From positions 72,418,001-72,482,000 of the forward strand of contig NC_086108.1 of the NCBI RefSeq assembly GCF_963921235.1: a DNA stretch of 64,000 nucleotides, in the 5' to 3' direction. Below are positions 49,411-61,425 of this stretch, piece by piece (position 1 is the first letter of the stretch; each line of letters begins with the position of its first letter). Both the position numbers and the translations under genes were made by a program. The notes below the pieces were generated by a model. That model was given only the letters and a program-made list of their open reading frames with translations, was not told the origin of the DNA and did no database searches. This DNA is from Mobula hypostoma. Lineage: Eukaryota.

Positions 49411-50960
49411 TTGGGAAACTAAAAGGTCTGAAAATAGATAGGTCACCTGGACCAAATGGTGTACACCCCAGATTTCTGAAAGGGGTGGCTGAAGTGATCA
49501 TAGTGGCATTAGTAATGATCTTTCAACAATCACTAATTCTGGAATGGTTCTGGAAGACTGGGAATTTGCAAATGTCACTCCACTCTTCAAGGAGGGAGAG
49601 AGGCAGAAGAAAGGAAACTATAGGCCAGTGAGTCTGACCTCAGTGGTTGGGAAGATGTTAGAGTCAATTGTTAAGGATGAGGTCTCAGGGTACTTGGAGG
49701 CACATGATAAAGTACGCCCTAGTCAGTATGGTTTCCTCAAGGGAAAATCTTGCCTGAGAAATCTATTCGAAAATCTTTGAAAAAATGACAAACAGATGGA
49801 CAAAGGAGAATCAGTTGATGTCATGTACTTGGACTTTCAGAGGGCCTTTGACAAGGTGCCACAAATGAGGCTGCTTCACAAGTTATGAGTCCATGGTATT
49901 ACAAGAAAGATTCTCACATGGATAAAGCACTAGCTGATTGGCAGGAGGAAATGTGTGGGGAAACTTTTCTGGCTGGCTGCAAGTGACTAGTGGACTAGTG
50001 GTGTTCCACATGGGTCTGTGTTGGGACCAATTCTTTTTGCATTATATGTCAATGGTTTAGATGATGACATTAATGGCTTTGTTGCAAAGTTTACAGACGA
50101 TATGGAGATAAGTGGAGTGGCAGGTGGTTTTGAGGAAGTAGAGAGGTTGCAGAAGAACTTAAACAGATTAGGAGAATGGGCAGGGGAATGGCAGATGGAA
50201 TACAGTGTCAGGAAGTGTATATCATGCACTTCGGAAGAAGAAATGAAAGGGTTGACTATTTTCTAAATGGAGAGAAAATACAAAAAAACTGAGGTGCAAA
50301 GGGACTTGGGAGTCCTTGTGCAGGATCTCCTAAAGGATCTCCTTAATTTGCAGGTTGAGTCTGTGATGAGGAAGGTAAATGCAATGTTAGAGGACTAACA
50401 TTCATTTTAAGAGAACTAGAATATAAAAGCAAAGATGTAATGTTGAGACTTTATAAATCACTGGTGAGGCCTCACTTGGGGTATTGTGAGCAGTTTTGGG
50501 CCCCTTATCTTAGAAAGGATGTGCTGAAACTGGAGAGAGGCCAAAGGAGGTTCACAAAATGATTCCAGGATTGAATGGCTTGTCATATGAACAGCGTTTG
50601 ATGGCTCTGGGCCTGTATTCACTGGAATTGAGAAGAAAGAGAAGTGACTTCATTGAAACCTATTGAATGGAGCAGATGTGTAGAGGATGTTTCATATGGT
50701 GGAAGAGTCTGAGACTAGAGGACACAGCCTCAGGATAGAGGGATGTGTTTTTAGAATGGAGATGAGCAATTTCTTTAGGCAAAGAGTGGTGAATCTGTGG
50801 AATTCTTTGCCGAAGGCAGCTGTGGAGGCCGTCTTTATGTATATTTAAGGTAGAGGTTGATCAATTCTTGATTGGTCAGGGCATGAAGGGATACTGGGAG
50901 AAGGCAGGAGATTAGGGCTGAGAGGAAAATTGGATCAGCCATGATGAAATGGCAGAGCAG
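49411..50960 (+). mobile_element. CR1 LINE, 3' part of the element starting at ~45150 (tail finishes at ~51337-51385)
   Basis: LGKLKGLKIDRSPGPNGVHPR, WEFANVTPLFK..NYRPVSLTSVVGKMLE, LGPILFALYVNGLDD..KFTDD. Confidence 0.9.
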
Positions 50961-51325
50961 AATCATAGAAACATAGAAAAACCTACAGCACAATACAGGA
51001 CCTTCGGCCCACAAAGTTGTGCCGAACATGTCCTTACCTTCGAAATTACCTCGGGTTACCTGTAGCCCTCTATATTTCTGAGCTCCATGTACCTGTCCAG
51101 GAGTCTCTTAAAGACCCTATCGTATCTGCCTCCACCACCGTCGCCAGCAGCCCATTCCACGCACTCACCGCTCTCTGCGTTTATAAAAAAAAACAATCAA
51201 ACTTATCCCTGACATCTCTGTACCTACTTCCAAGCACCTTAAAACTGTGCCCTCTCGTGCTAGCCATTCCAGGCCTGGGAAAAAGCCTCTGACTATCCAC
51301 ACGATCAATGCTTCTCATCACCTTT
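50961..51325 (-). mobile_element. CR1 3'-end fragment inserted into the tail of the preceding CR1
   Basis: CATAGAAACATAGAAAA tail repeats plus CAGCACAATACAGGACCTTCGGCCCACAAAGTTGTGCCGA. The host tail GGCAGAGCAGA...CTTGATGGGCCAAATG resumes after it. Confidence 0.8.
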
Positions 51326-52279
51326 CACACATCTTACTTGATGGGCCAAATGACTTAATTCTGCTCCCATATCTTGGTCTTATGAAGGATTTATTTCAGT
51401 GCTGTATGACTCCAAGGTTCTATCTTGGCATTGGGTTTCTCTGGCTGAAGTGCTTCCACTTCAGAAAATCAGGCATTAGACCCATAAAATCATGGAATTC
51501 GTAGCCTCGGCTCTTGTCCAAGGGTGGGCTCATTCTTCCCACTCACTGCTGGCAAAACACAAGCTCAATAAAATGGTTGAAAAGGCTTATACAGGACAGG
51601 TTGGAATATATTTTTCTTCCCAAAGTGCTGGGGAATCTGGAACTCATTACCTCAGATGAAATCCTCAACTTTCTTAGGTACCTGGATGAGCATTTGAAAA
51701 GCTACAGCAAGCCCAATTGAGGTCTAAGTGCTAGAATGGTGATATCAATGTCAATCATTCTTTTACAGCTGGAATGCATGGGAAAAGCCTCTATCTGTGA
51801 TGTTGATTCAATGAAGCTGTGTGTACTTGATAACTGGCAGGCTAAAGCCCAAATTCCATCAACTTCCAAACCACTTGAATGCCAGAGGCATTAGGTTTTT
51901 TATTCCTCATACCATGAATATTCAGAAAAATACTCATTTATTCTACCCATGATTGGTTAATAATTGAGATCAGCATTCCCACAACAGCAAAAGTTTCTTC
52001 TACTTTTTTATACAGCAAAAGTCAGCTATGTTCTTTATGCTGTTTACATTTCCTTAGTAGCATTAGCCAGCAGGAACTGTTCTGACAAATATTGAAAAGA
52101 AGATGTTCATTTGTGGTTTCCTGTAAAACCCCTCAGTTCAAACTGCAATTCACACATCATTTGCTCTTTGCAGAGTTAATGTAAGGAGATTTATGTGTAA
52201 GGTTTATGGAGATAAAACTTTAAATGAGTTATAGAAATCTGAAGAAAATGTAATTGATGCTGTTCTTTCTCCCCCACAG

Positions 52280-52312
52280 GTTTCCTATGCTTCCCCATTG
52301 CACTTGCAGTAG
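52280..52312 (+). other. Candidate 33-nt internal micro-exon of an unidentified host gene
   Basis: Acceptor TGTTCTTTCTCCCCCACAG|G and consensus donor AG|GTGAGT. Length is divisible by 3 and the flanks are unique and TE-free. Confidence 0.6.
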
Positions 52313-53045
52313 GTGAGTGGGAGAGCTCCTACAGAAATTCAACGCTAGTATTTATACACCTGTCTCCCTCTAAATCTTTGAATGCTTATTTCCATCATTA
52401 TAATGGCACTTGCAGCCAAAAGCATTGCAGTTTTATGCATGTGACCCTGTAAGAAAAGATGCGCCGAATCTAAATGAAGAGAGTGGGATTCACAAAGGGA
52501 AGGAAATTGTGGCTACCAGCATTTTGATTTGGTAGCGCAATTATAGATACTACTCACTTACAATCTAGTCTTACAAAGCTGCCTAGGCCATCTATCCTTC
52601 AGGTTACTTCTCATTTGGGAAGCTTGTTGGCTTTATAGATCTCAGCTAACTCTCACTTCTCAGTTCTTCATACCTCACGGTTTGGCACAAGTGGAACATA
52701 TGGGTATAGATGCAGAGCCTAATTAAAATTCCAACTGGCACCTCACTGTATTCATCTTTTTCTGGCAACAGAAATATCCCTAGTTTTTACATCAAACTTG
52801 GGCCACTGGGGGAACTCATTATCTATGTATCTCAGAATAATGAAATAATTTAATTAACTGTGTCAAAGCTTGTTTTAGAAATACAAATAAAGTATTGCCT
52901 GAAAATAGTTTAATTTCTGCATCCTGAAATCAGTCAGTGCACTGCTGCGTTAACTTTTCACAAAAACATCTTTTAGAGTAAAACAGCTACTTTAAAAAAG
53001 AAGTTCAGAGCCTGAAGGAGGAAGAGGAGGAAGAAAAGGTTTTCT

Positions 53046-53800
53046 TTCAATATTTTTATTAGTTTCTACATAAAAGAATACAGAGTACAAGGAAGTATAT
53101 ATAAAGGTCAAAAATGACTACTAATTACATTGTATCTACTCATAATAACAATCTCATTACCCCATATTCATGTAGGTTAAAGTTATATTGAAATATACTA
53201 ATTTATTACAAAAAAAAGAATCTAACCCCTACCAAGACTGAAGCTGATTATTAAGGAGAAAAAGGTAAAATTCTTTCTCATATAATAAAAATTAATAATA
53301 GCCAACATCTAAATTTAAACAACGAATTGAGGGTTTTGAAAGTTTTGAAAATAATTCAGAAAGGGTCCCTGCAATGTTTGAAAGTCTTGACGAGATTCAG
53401 AAATTGAACAACGAATCTTCTCTAAATCTAAGCATGACATAACGTCGCATAACCATTGAGCACGAGTAGGAGGAGAAACATCTTTCCATTTAAACAAAAG
53501 CGTCCTCCTAGCTATAAGAGAGCTAAAGGCCAAAATATGTAAATCCCATGTCTTCAACTTGATATCTTGTCCTGCAACAGTACCAAATAGGGCCATCAGA
53601 GGATTAGGCTTAAAATATACTTTGAAAAGTAAAGAAAAAGGTTGAACAACTTCCTTCCAATATTTTTCAAGACATAGACAAATCCAAAACATATGAATTA
53701 ATGAAGCTTCTCCATTATTACATCTGTCACAGTAGGGAGATATATCCGAATAAACACGAGATAGCTTATCTTTAGTCTTACGGACTCTATGTACCACCTT
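53046..53800 (-). mobile_element. L1/Tx1-clade LINE 3' fragment with TSD
   Basis: ORF 53315-53797(-) has the C-terminal zinc knuckle (CDRC..ASLIHMFWIC..YW). AATAAA and an A-rich tail lie at the left end. 12-bp direct repeat AAAAGGTTTTCT at 53034-53045 and 53801-53812. Confidence 0.88.
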
Positions 53801-54019
53801 AAAAGGTTTTCTATATATTGTACTATAGTTGTAATAAATTAGAGTATTTTTAATCTTAAATTATGAAATGTATTGTAACCACTGAATTCATACAGCACTT
53901 GTCCCGATTTAATTATGCAGACTAACAAAGATATTTGTAAAGTAAGGAGAAACTGAAACTCACATTTTAGGGGGGTTTGTTAATAACAAAAATATCTGAT
54001 ATTGCTGGTGATAAACACA

Positions 54020-56080
54020 AGAGGTTCTGTAGATGGTGGAATTCCAGCATGTCACACACAAAAGGCAGCATCCATGAAAAGGAATAAGCAGCTGACATTT
54101 CGCCATGTTTGTCATAGACTTTACAAAGGCAGTCTTAGTCAAGTGTATCCCCACAACATCGTTCAGTCTTCCCCGGCCAGAAGCCATGGACGAACTGAGA
54201 GATCCATAAGCTGCTGAGGGCCAGGTTAGTGGCATTCAGATTTGACAGCCATGTAAAACACAAAAGTTCCAGGTGGGATCTCCAGAAATCCATCTCACAT
54301 GTGAAGTAGCAATTCCAGACCAAACTTGAGTCACTGAAGGATGATCGATGGCTGTGGCAGGGTTTGAATGTTATCAATTCTTGCACAGTGAAACCAAGTG
54401 ACATAGTTGATGACAAGATAAGCTCAATGCAATTTATGCTCACTTTGACTGTAAAAACATTGAAGCATCTCCACAAAATCCCACTGTCCCTGGCGACTCT
54501 GTGAATTCAGTCTCAGGCTGACGTGAGAGCATCCTTCAGGAGAGTGAACCCACAGAAAGCATCTGGCCAGACAGGGGACCTGTGCTACTTAATTGGCTGC
54601 GGTGTTCTCTGATATCTTTAACCTCTCGCTTCAGCAGTCTGAGGTACTTGGGTGCTTCGAGCAGGCTTCAATTATTCCAGTGCCGATGGAGAATGCAGTA
54701 ACCTGCCTGTATGACTATTGTCCAGGAACATTTCCATCCACTGTGATAAATTGCTTTGAGAAGTTGGTGATGAAATATATCAACCCCTGTCTGAGAAATG
54801 ACTTGGATCTGCCCTAATTTGCCTACCAGAGCAACAGATGCCATTTCATTGGCTCTTCACTCAGCCCTGGAACATCTAGACAGGAAAGGTGCATACATCA
54901 GGATGCTCTCATTGACTAAAACTCTGCAGCCATTGCTATCATCCCCTCAAAACTAATCAATAAGCACCAAGACCTAGGCCTCAATACCTCATTGTGCAAT
55001 TTGATCCTCTTGTTCCTCACCTGCAGACCCCAGTCTGATTGGATCAGCAACCACGGCTTCTCCACAATTACCATCAACACAGGTGCCCCCTGCTCTACTC
55101 ACTTTATAGCTTTGACTGTGAGGCCAAGTACAGTTCCAATGCCATATTTAAGTTTTGCTGATGACACCACTGTTGTGAGCCGAAGCAAAGCTGGTGATGA
55201 GTCAGCATAGAGGAGGGAGATTGAAAATCTGGCTGAGTGGTGTCACAACAACAACTCAATGTCAGCAAGACCAAGGAGCTGGTTTTTGACTTCAAGAGGA
55301 GGAAACTTGAGGTCCCCATCAGGGGATCAGAATTGGAAAGTGTCAGTAACTTGATATTTCTCGGTGATATCATTTCAGAGGATCTCTCCTGGGTCCAGCG
55401 AGTAACTGCCATTATAAAGAACGCATGGCAGCTCCTCTACTTAGAAATTGGCGCAGATTCAGCATGTCATCTAAAACTTCGACAAATTTCTATAAATGTG
55501 TGGTGGAGAGTATATTGATTGATTGTACCATGGCCTAGTATGGAAACACTAATGCCCTTGAATAGAAAAAAAACAAAAAAGTAGTATGACCGAGTCCATT
55601 ATGGATAAAGCCTTCTCCAGCAATGAGCACATCTTCATGGAGGGTTATTGCAGGAAGGCAGCATCAAGGACCCCCACCATCCAGACAATGCTCTCTTCTT
55701 GCTGTTACCGTTAAGAAGGAGGTACAGGAGCCTTAAGTCCCTCATCCACCAGGCTCAGGAAGTTATTAGACCTCAGCCGTCAAGCTCTTGAATGAGAGGG
55801 GATAACTTCAATCACTCCAACACTGAACTGCTTCCACAACCTATGGACTCACTTTTAAGGACTCTACAACTTATGTTCTCAATATTTATTTCTTACTTTT
55901 TCCTTCTTGTATTGTCAGTTTGTTGTTTTTTGCACATTGGTAATTTATCCATCTCTGTCATCTGGAAGTTTTCATTATTGTATTGTCTTTTTATTTACGG
56001 TAAATGCCCACAGGAAAATGAATCTCAGATATATGGTGGCATATAGTGTATATACTTCTAGACTAGATTTACTTTGAAAT
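54020..56080 (+). mobile_element. Rex1/Babar-like element, decayed ORF and 3' UTR
   Basis: FPGQKPW; VFSDIFNLSLQQSEV.GCFEQASIIPVP..CFEKLV; FADDTTVV; LNVSKTKELVFDFKR. Confidence 0.85.
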
Positions 56081-56666
56081 TTGAGAAAGAAAGCATTCTT
56101 ACAATCAAAATGCTTTAAGGCATTGGGTCCTTTGAATGTTTTAGAAATACAGCAAAGATTTAAATTTACCACAAACTTAGTCTTATCTTGTGGTTATTAC
56201 AATAGACATCCCAATACTAAATGACTTCAGAGGCTGTGGGAATTTGGTATATAATACATAATGCTCTTACTAAAACAAGACAGCTATAAGGACATCTGGC
56301 TTCCCTTTTTAAGATGTGGATTCAACTGTCAAGGAGGAGGAACTACAGTTTTTTTTTCTCTTCTCTATTATTTTGTTATTTTTCTCCTGCCTTCCATCCT
56401 GCCTTCCATCCGGGAGAGAAGCTAGGCAGTTACTCTCTAGCCTCGTCACTTTGTGGCCTGTTGCTCAAAGGAAGAAGGATAACACTACAGGTTGACGTAG
56501 AAAGTAGACTCTTCCCAGTGGGAATATGCCTCCTGGTTTGATTAATAAGAAGGAACAACAATCTTAGCCCATTCCTAAGTATTGCAAGTGTATTTTATTG
56601 CATTAATAAGACAGTCTTTTAAGGCATAATTGGAATAATAGGGTAAGGATACTAATTCCCTATCAT

Positions 56667-56800
56667 CGCAAACACGAGGAAATCTGCAGATGCTGGAAAT
56701 TCAAGCAACACACATAAAAAATGCTGAAACATCGACTGTACCTCTTCCTATAGATGCTGCCTGGCCTGCTGCGTTCACCAGCATTTTTTATGTGTGTTAT
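56667..56800. mobile_element. Short fold-back PLE-terminus insertion
   Basis: AACACACATAAAAAATGCTG / CAGCATTTTTTATGTGTGTT arms. Perfect 11-bp direct repeat TTCCCTATCAT at 56656-56666 and 56801-56811. Confidence 0.85.
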
Positions 56801-56984
56801 TTCCCTATCATAATTGGTTTGATATTTTTAATAGAAAGAATCTTTTACCATCTCTGAGCACCATTAATAACCTTGGCTGCCAAATTTTTAGATGTGCTTT
56901 ATTCGTGAAAACTGTTTTGAAGTGGCAATCACAGCCAACCATTTTCTTTACTAAGGTTAGGTTTTACCGTAAAAAGCAAAATTA

Positions 56985-57305
56985 GGGTGGCAGAATGGTG
57001 AAGAAGTTAGTGCCACTGACGGGCAGCTCCTGCGACCTAGGTTTGATTCTGATTTTGGGTACAGTCTGTAGTGGAAATTGCGCAATCTCCTTGTGATTAT
57101 GTGGGATTCAGTATTCTGTCACATCCCATTGGTGTGCATGTCGGTGGGTTAATTGGATATCGTAAGTAGGTGGCAGCTGAAGGGTTGATTTGATGGGCCT
57201 GTGGGAGAAGATGGGTTTCAAAGTAATCGTGGAGGAATGGAACTGAAGAAATTCCTTAGAGTGCTGGCAGACCCTCGATTGATAAAATTGTCTCTTCCTA
57301 GGCAG
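56985..57305 (+). mobile_element. tRNA-derived V-SINE (HE1-like), decayed
   Basis: B-box-like GGTTTGATTC; V-domain-like GTCTGTAGTGGAAATTGCGCAATCTCCTTGTG..GTGGG..CACATCCCA..GGGTTAATTGG. Confidence 0.65.
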
Positions 57306-58324
57306 TGAGAAAATATGTAAAATATTATTAAGTTACCTTGGTATACCAGTACTGTCCTGTATATGAATGCAGTCCTGAAAACTTTTAACTTATTGTATTT
57401 GTGGAGAAAGATATGTAATTCCAGATTTTATTTGGAATCTGCATCTTCTGTTCATCGTGTCCTGAAGGCTTTCTTCTTTAAAAATATGTAATCAAATTTT
57501 TATGCTACAGATGTGCATATTTTTTTTTAACCCTATTAATAAAATGTGTCAGGAGTTGAGGTCAAATTGGAATGTTGAGGTCTGTTGGGACTAGAAAAAT
57601 CTGTCTCTTTGGAATGCATGTCACCAGTTTGATTTTGAATTTTGCTTTAAAATTGTTTTTAGGAAAAAAAAAGCTAGATCAAATAAATAATAGCAGTGGA
57701 ATCATAGCTATGCAATCTCTCATTTTAAAATGGACCTGTAAAAACAAAATCAGACTAAAATTCTGATTGGAGCAGGATACACTTTCCTCCTTTTTCCCCT
57801 GTTGGATTAGACCTTGTAACTTCCCTTGGGTAGCTACTGTGCCTGTTGGATTCTTTAAAAATGACTCCAATCAAGTATAAAGTTTTGTTTGAAACATGTA
57901 TTTACATTTCACTTCATTTTTTTAACATTGTGTCATATTAATAAGTCTTTCACTGCAGATTCAGAAGGATTTTCTGAGAAAGTCTGATGGGAAACCAGCT
58001 GTGGTGTTTCCTTGGGCACAAATTACTGGCGCACCCTTTTGTTATACACCAAAAGCTACCTAGTTAAGTTCCTCATGGTTACCAGTTTTGTGTGATATAA
58101 AGAAATAGCCGCATTGTACAGATTTGTCATATTTAGATATTGGATCAGATGGAATGAGAAATAATGAAACATTGTTTTATCCTGTGTTTCAAAATTAATT
58201 TGACAACTCTACTAATTATTATATCTGGAGACAAAATGTCTACCTACGTCTTTTTATAAACCTATTGATTTCCCTGGCAGCCTTGAATATAACTCCTTCC
58301 ACCTTGTCTCCTGTAAAAAAAAAT

Positions 58325-59433
58325 ACTATTTCCTTTTTTCAGTTCCATTGTCTCCACCTCATCTGTTCAAGGATGAGGCTTCCCTTTCTAGAACATCAGT
58401 GTTATCCTCCTTCACCATTGATGCTGCCCTCACCCTCACACCTCTCAATTTCCTGGACATCTGCATTTACCCCATCTTCCTGCCACCTTAACAGGGAGAG
58501 AGTTCATCTTGTCCTCACCTGTCATCCCATGAACCTTCACCATAGAACACATCATCCACCACAACTTCTGCCATCTCCAAAGGGTTCCTACCACCAAACA
58601 CATCTTTACTCCCCTCCCCATCCTGCTTTCCTTAGGGATAACTTCCCCTTCCAATTTATTGCTCCCCACTCATCTCCCTCCTGTCACTTATTCCTGCAAC
58701 CAGATGATGTGCTACACCTGCCCACTCACCTCCTCTCTCACCTCCATTCAGGGCCCCAAACAATCCTTCCAGGTGAGGGAATGCTTCACCTCTGAAACTG
58801 CTGGGGTCGTCTATTGTATCTGGTGCTCTCGATGCGGCCTCCTCTACATTGCCAAGCTTTGTCCAACACTTCCCCTCCTCCTGCCAAAAGTAGAATTTCC
58901 TGGTGGCCAACCATTTCAATTTCAATCCCTATTCCCATTGTGACTTGTCGGTCCATGGCCTCTTCTGCTACATGTGGCCATTCTCAGGGTAGAGGAGCAG
59001 CACCTCCTATTTAGATAAGGTAGCCGCCAACCTGATGGCATGAACATAGATTTCTCCTTCTGGTAATTTTTTTTTTCTTTTCCCCTCTCCCTTTCCTCTT
59101 CTATTCCCCATTCTGATCTCTTGCCTCTTCTCCTCACTTACCTATCACCTCCCACTAGTATGCCTTCTTTCACCTCCCACTGGTATGCCTTCTTCTTCCC
59201 TTTCTCTGGCAGTCCATTTTCCTCTTTCAGATTTCTTCTTCTTCAGTCCTTTACCTTTTCCGCCCATCTGGCTTCACCTATCACCTTCTAGCTTGTCCTC
59301 TTTCCCTCCCCACCCCACAACTTTTTATTCCGGCATCTTCCCCCTTCCAGTCCTTATGAAGGGTTTCTGCCTGAAGTATTGACTGTTTATTCATTGTCAC
59401 AGATGCTGCATGACCTGCTAGGTTCCTCCAGCA

Positions 59434-59470
<37 letters not shown>

Positions 59471-59510
59471 TGCTTTAGAGTTTCAGCATCTGCAGAAATC
59501 TCTTGAGTGT
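58325..59510 (+). mobile_element. Neptune-type Penelope-like element, 5'-truncated: RT C-terminus, Cys linker, GIY-YIG, 3' UTR, terminal module
   Basis: ISFFQFHCLHLICS (RT C-terminus-like). ORF 58659: SCNQMMCYTCP..FQVRECFTSETAGVVYCIWCSRCGLLYI. VANHFN. Pyrimidine-rich UTR. Decayed hammerhead-like CAGTCCTTATGAAGGG..GACTG at 59348-59385. Ends CAGCATCTGCAGAAATCTCTTG. Confidence 0.85.
59436..59466. repeat. (TG)n microsatellite within the PLE terminal module
   Basis: Uninterrupted TG run at the position of the element's short TTTTGTGTGTGTT motif. Confidence 0.9.
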
Positions 59511-61129
59511 GTTAGATTAAATGAAGTTTTTTCAGAGATTTACATGATCCCTGTGTGGCACAGTATTGATGCATGTTGCCGAGATCTAGAAATAGAACTG
59601 GTTCTAGAGATTGGAAATATATCCTTCTCAGATGCTGGTATCAAGTTCTGCATGAGCTCGACTAAAGTGAGCTCAGGGTCAATTCATCATTTGCAAACAA
59701 ATCCCATCTACCTACCTGTCAGTGGCCCGCAGGCGTTATCATATTGGCCTGGAACTTGCTGAGTGGTTCTCACCACTCATACCTCACTACTGAAGTCATA
59801 TGATTCCCTGATTCATGTCTTCAGTGTTGACCTTGCTGGATACAAATGTTCAGGACACATCCCATGAGACCCTGTGTGGTGGCATGGCTTCATAAAATGC
59901 AGTCCACTTGTAGGCTGGCCAGAAAGAGCGCAGCACAAAATAGCAGGGAATATCATTGACAGAGAACAAAGACACACCCTCAGTTTTGCTTTCTGCCAAG
60001 CCTGCTGGTTTCTGAACCTCCAACAATTATACATAAATGTTCAAAAAGAATGTGCCAAAAGATCAAATCATGCTGAACTGGTTAGAAGCCTCTTAACCTA
60101 TTGCTAAAAATATGGAAGCAGAGGAGGAGTAAGAAGATTTATCTTGTTGTTTCCATATGATATAGCATCTGTTTGCAATCTAACAGTGTTGGGTGTGGGG
60201 AAGTGTAGTAGGTTGAGGCTGTACTGTAGAATTCCATGTTGAGCTCAGTTCCAAGTCTGGGACCTAACACTGGAACTCCCAGAAGCTCTCAGCAGGTTCC
60301 AGTCCTTTTGTTTCCTAAGCAAAAACAGCTCAATATTTCAAATGGCTCTATTCCAAAAGAATGGCAGCCATTTTGATATCTGGTGACTCTAGGAACTCAG
60401 CAATGCCTGGAAGGATGATGCATCGTGTAATAGATATTATGCATTTTTCTATGAAAGCTGCACTATTCTGGGACACACAAAGGAAATATCAGGTAAATCC
60501 AGAATTTCTGCTGGGTCTAGGTTTTTAGGAGAGAGCAGCATAGAGGTCAGAGACTAATGGAGAACTCTAGTCAGGAGGCCTCGTCCAGGTAGATGGGTTA
60601 GACCGGTATCTGGCTTTATGATTGAATCAGGGTTTGGATTGAGACAGTACATCATTCTGGGAGCCAGTGAGCAACTGGAGTCACAGATTTGGTTTAATTT
60701 AATAGATTGGTGATGGAGACCAATCAGAAAGATCTTGAAGGTTAGTGTCGGTGGTGATTGGGGAGTTGAATAAGATTGGTTGAGGGGAGAGTTGTTACTG
60801 AGTAGTCTGGGGCCTGAAGGAGAGAAGGCAACTAAGGGAGCTGAGTTGATATCTTAGACTTGGAGAGCAGTGCAATTTCAAATATAATTGTTTTGAGGGA
60901 GCTCTGTGACAGGCATACTTCAGAAAATCTTGATCACATTTCCTGGCAATAAACTAAGGGAGAATTACATGGGGATAGATGTCATTCCATGCATGTTTCA
61001 TACCAAAAATATGTTACTGTGCAAATGTGACTTGTGACCGGAGAATCTGGTTGAATTTCCAAAGTGGTGCATTCCAACCCAAGTTTTACCTTCATATACT
61101 GCACTGAGAAAAATCACCAGGGCACACAT

Positions 61130-61425
61130 AAAAGATTAGCTTTATTTGTCACATGAACATTGGGGCATACAATGAAATGGATCGTTTGGCATCACTGATG
61201 TGCTGGGGACATCGTACAAGAGTCACCACACTTCTGGCATCAACGGAGCATTCCCACAACTTACTAATCCTAGCTGTTCATCCTTGGAATGTGTTGGGAA
61301 ACTGGAACATCGGAGGAAACACACGGCATCACAGGAAGAATGTACAAACTCCTTACAGACAGTGGCGTAATCTTTGACCGCTGGCACAGTAAAGTGATTG
61401 TGCTTACAGCTACGTTATCGTGTTA
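61130..61425 (-). mobile_element. V-SINE-like element with an AATAAA-containing tail
   Basis: Reverse-complement V-domain GGGAAACTGGAACATCGGAGGAAACACACG..ACAGGAAGAATGTACAAACTCCTTACAGACAG. Tail complement AGATTAGCTTTATTTGTCAC. Confidence 0.7.

Noticed and set aside
57945..58070. Possible exon after TCTTTCACTGCAG
   Set aside because: There is an acceptor-like site but no convincing donor, and the peptide is not recognisable.
59146..59195. Short tandem duplication (CACCTCCCACTRGTATGCCTTCTT x2); similar 12-bp tandem at ~56387-56411
   Set aside because: Ordinary slippage-type duplications with no sign of function.
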